Notes under the pieces: generated by a model
Seen by the model: the letters and a program-made list of their open reading frames with translations, nothing else
Told to the model about the DNA's origin: nothing
Database searches by the model: none
Made by a program: the position numbers and the translations under genes
In this document: positions 15,093 to 17,636 of the stretch, in pieces
Numbering within the stretch: position 1 is the stretch's first letter
Layout: every line of letters begins with the position of its first letter
Origin: Candidatus Fervidifonticultor quintus
GTDB lineage: Bacteria > Sysuimicrobiota > Sysuimicrobiia > Sysuimicrobiales > Humicultoraceae
DNA length: 17,636 nt
Direction: 5' to 3'
Assembly: GCA_031459535.1 (NCBI GenBank)
Contig: JAVKIJ010000070.1
Location: 1 to 17,636, forward strand

Positions 15093-16664
15093 GTGGAGAT
15101 TTACCAGATAGAGACACGGGTACTCAGCGGCTTGATGCGCGACCGCCATCTGTACACGCTGGCGGCGTCCGACGGATTTCACGTGGACCTGCTGTCGTCG
15201 CCCCAGGGCCGTCGGCTGGCGAAGGCCATCATCGAGATCTACAACACGCCTGCCGTGGTGCTGGACGAGGCCTCGGTCAGGGCATTCCTGACCGAACACG
15301 GGCTGTTGAACCCCGAGATGGAGCGCTACCTGGCGTCGGTGCTCGTGATCCCGCCGCCCAGTGCCGGCGACCTGATGGCCCACGTGGAGCTGTTGAAGGC
15401 GCGCGAGAGCCGGGAGCTGCTCGCCCAGGTCCACGAGAGCATCGGCAACTACCTGTACCGACACGATCGGTCGCAGGCGGACATCGTGGAGTTCACCACC
15501 GACGCCATCCACCGGCTGCTGGAGATCCAGCGTCGCCGCGTGCGCCGCCAGGTCGCTCCGATCTCCGAAGCCTTTGGGCCGCTGTTGGCCCACGCGGTCC
15601 CGAGGCCGGCAGATGGGATCCTGGGGTACTCGATCAGCCCCTTCAACCGGCTGAACGCGTTGCTCTCCGGGCTCCGGCGGGGCTTCTACTACGGCCTGGC
15701 CGGCGCGCCCAGGCGTGGCAAGACCAACTTCGCCCTGGACCTGGCCACGTTCGTGGCCACCAACCACCGCATCCCGGTCCTCTACTACACCTGGGAGCAG
15801 ACCCGGCGCGTGCTGGCCGCCCGCCTGATCGCCAAGGAGACCGGCGTCAACCCCACGGCGATCCTGATGGGCGCCGACGCCAACGGCGAGATTGCCAGCC
15901 GGATCGCCAGCGCCAAGGAGGCCCTGGCTCGCTTCGGGCCCTACCTGCACCTGGTGGAAGCCGGCCGCCGCGAGACGCTGGATCGCATCCGGGCGCACGC
16001 CCACAACCTGATGCAGGAGTTCCAGACGCAAGAGATCGCCATCTTCTTCGACTACCTGCAGAAGATCCCGCTCGCCGACCAGATCGAGGACTGGAAGGCT
16101 CGGACCGACCGAATCTCCACGGCGCTGGCCGAGCTGAGCCTTGAGCTGAACTGCCCGATCTTCGCCATCTCACCGCTGGACAAAGAAGGGTGCCGGCTCG
16201 ATGAGCGGCCGCTGGAGGACGCGGACGTCTTCAACCCCTATAACCGGCCCACCATGCACCACAGCATGGGCAGCGGCGACCTGGAGTACGACCTGGACGT
16301 GGCCATGGTGCTGGCCAAAGACTGGAAGGCGACCCACGACCTCCGGCAGCTCGTCGAGACCCGGGCCAAGGCCGAGGGGATCGACACCGACGACCTGCCC
16401 ACCATCGACATCATGAACCTCTATGTGGACAAGAACCGGGACGCGCCCGAATCGGAGTCCAACATCGTGCAGTACGCGTTCTTCGTGACGTTGAACCGGT
16501 TCCTCGAACTCGACTACAAGACCGAGGCCGAGTACCGGCCCGAGTTCCAGGGCTTTGCCAAGCTCCAGGAAATCTACACGTTCCTGCGCGAGCACGGATT
16601 CGGACCCCAGCGCGACCTGGTCGCGACCTCCAGGACCACAACGAACGGAGGGGGAGCGCGATGA
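15093..16664 (+). CDS. Divergent DnaB-like (SF4) helicase/ATPase paralog
   Basis: DnaB_N-like N-terminus. Walker A GAPRRGKT, YYTWEQ (H1a), IFFDYLQ (Walker B), ELNCPIFAISPL (H3), RPTMHHSMGSGDLEYDLD (H4), KNRD arginine finger. Confidence 0.85.
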   Translation: MEIYQIETRVLSGLMRDRHLYTLAASDGFHVDLLSSPQGRRLAKAIIEIYNTPAVVLDEASVRAFLTEHGLLNPEMERYLASVLVIPPPSAGDLMAHVELLKARESRELLAQVHESIGNYLYRHDRSQADIVEFTTDAIHRLLEIQRRRVRRQVAPISEAFGPLLAHAVPRPADGILGYSISPFNRLNALLSGLRRGFYYGLAGAPRRGKTNFALDLATFVATNHRIPVLYYTWEQTRRVLAARLIAKETGVNPTAILMGADANGEIASRIASAKEALARFGPYLHLVEAGRRETLDRIRAHAHNLMQEFQTQEIAIFFDYLQKIPLADQIEDWKARTDRISTALAELSLELNCPIFAISPLDKEGCRLDERPLEDADVFNPYNRPTMHHSMGSGDLEYDLDVAMVLAKDWKATHDLRQLVETRAKAEGIDTDDLPTIDIMNLYVDKNRDAPESESNIVQYAFFVTLNRFLELDYKTEAEYRPEFQGFAKLQEIYTFLREHGFGPQRDLVATSRTTTNGGGAR

Positions 16665-16942
16665 TTGTGGACAGGCGAGCGCCAATCTATCCTATCAGGA
16701 CGGTGGCGCACCTCACGGGCGTGAATCCGCGGCGCATCCGCGCCTGGGAGGACCAGTACAACCTGCTGACCCCGGCGCGCACGGGCGGCGGACACCGCCT
16801 CTACAGCGAAGAGGATGTGGAACGCATCCGATGGGTGAAGGCCATGGTGGATCGCGGCATGAGCCTCAAGGGCATCCAACGGCTGTTAGAGACCCCCCGC
16901 GAGTCGGAGCTGGCGGCCGAAGTCCGGGGAGGCAGGCGATGA
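16661..16942 (+). CDS. Short MerR-family HTH regulator (DNA-binding domain only)
   Basis: YPIRTVAHLTGVNPRRIRAWE..Y.LL.PARTGGGHRLYSEEDV. 93 aa; ATGA overlaps with both neighbours. Confidence 0.9.
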   Translation: MIVDRRAPIYPIRTVAHLTGVNPRRIRAWEDQYNLLTPARTGGGHRLYSEEDVERIRWVKAMVDRGMSLKGIQRLLETPRESELAAEVRGGRR

Positions 16943-17181
16943 AGGTTGAGCTCGACCGTGAACATGTCGTCCTGTTCACCCAGCTCAACCGCGTCGAGGG
17001 CGAGGTGCATCTGCCATCGACCGCACGGCTGTCCGACCGGCTGAACGCCGCCAAGGACTTCGTGCCCATCACCTCCGCGCGGGTGTTCTCGCTGGACGGC
17101 AATCTCATGTACACCAGCGACGTGGTCCTGGTGCACAAGGCCCACATTGTGATGATCATGGAGCGCCATGAAACCGCCTAG
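16939..17181 (+). CDS. Small conserved-looking hypothetical protein (DUF6812-like), 80 aa
   Basis: ATGA coupling and SD GGGGAGG. Pattern RVEGEVHLP..RLSD.LN...FVPIT.A.V...V.K..IV; family name recalled from memory, unverified. Confidence 0.65.
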   Translation: MKVELDREHVVLFTQLNRVEGEVHLPSTARLSDRLNAAKDFVPITSARVFSLDGNLMYTSDVVLVHKAHIVMIMERHETA

Positions 17182-17636
17182 GAGCCTCACGCGGCGCCGC
17201 ATCCCCCTGGGTGAGCTGCTGGTCGAAGCCGGCCTCATCACCAGGCAGCAGCTCGACCAAGCCCTGCAGTCCCAGCGCGTGACCGGCCACCGACTGGGGA
17301 GGGTCCTGGTCTCGATGGGCCTGGCGACCCCTGAAGCCATCGCCAGGGCTGTCGCGGGTCAACTCGGCATCGAGTTCGTGGAGCTGCAGGCGATCACCAT
17401 ACCGGATGACGTCCTCACCGTACTGCCCGAGACCCTGATCCGGCGGCACCAGGTCATTCCCATCCGCAACGAGGGTGAGGCCCTGGTGCTGGGCATGGTG
17501 GACCCGCTGGACATCCTGGCGCTGGACGACATCCGTCGCTTCCTGAACCGCGACCTCATCCCCGCTGCCATCACCCTCGAGGGCTTCCAGGACGCCGTCA
17601 ACCGCTACCCGGCCCTGGCCAGCTCCATTGACAAGG
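17168..17636 (+). CDS. Second MshEN-domain PilB/GspE-like protein, 3'-truncated by window edge (absent from ORF track)
   Basis: Manual translation: MKPPRSLTRRRIPLGELLVEAGLITRQQLDQALQSQRVTGHRLGRVLVSMGLAT...LVLGMVDPLDILALDDIRR. Clearly paralogous to the N-terminal domain of the pilB in this window. The ATPase domain is not visible. Confidence 0.85.
   Translation, partial: MKPPRSLTRRRIPLGELLVEAGLITRQQLDQALQSQRVTGHRLGRVLVSMGLATPEAIARAVAGQLGIEFVELQAITIPDDVLTVLPETLIRRHQVIPIRNEGEALVLGMVDPLDILALDDIRRFLNRDLIPAAITLEGFQDAVNRYPALASSIDK

Noticed and set aside
836-16031. Long antisense or alternate-frame ORFs (836-2407, 2662-3753, 4775-5950, 12789-14312, 14982-16031 etc.)
   Set aside because: Shadow ORFs typical of high-GC DNA. 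They overlap well-supported genes and show no recognisable motifs.
15093-16942. Prophage/ICE interpretation of DnaB-like + MerR/Xis-like genes
   Set aside because: No integrase, att-like repeat or phage gene is visible. The genes are coupled to a pilus gene and share the locus promoter motif.
1937-17181. Genome-wide TAG recoding
   Set aside because: TAG ends many genes at their expected C-termini (2677, 8722, 9094, 9587, 12649, pilB).

Overview
GC-rich bacterial chromosomal window. It starts with housekeeping genes (mltG 3' end, yqeG-like HAD). A ~16.5 kb type IV pilus / c-di-GMP signalling locus follows. It encodes a membrane-GAF-HD-GYP phosphodiesterase split by an in-frame TAG, a degenerate GGDEF protein, two Roadblock/MglB-like proteins, a TPR-lytic transglycosylase, two PATAN/DUF4388-like proteins and a stand-alone membrane sensor. 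It also encodes a SigB/SigF-type sigma factor behind a c-di-GMP-I riboswitch, four minor pilins, a TPR-MshEN-PilB ATPase, and a divergent operon with an atypical DnaB paralog, a short MerR protein, a small hypothetical protein and a second MshEN-PilB (truncated by the window edge). The main observation is a bipartite motif, G[TAC]CT[AG][AG]-N14-GGG[CTA]A[TC]. It occurs with exact 14-nt spacing upstream of six transcription units, including the sigma gene itself. This points to a self-contained, autoregulated sigma regulon gated by an apparent c-di-GMP OFF riboswitch. All product calls come from motif recognition by eye; no searches were run.
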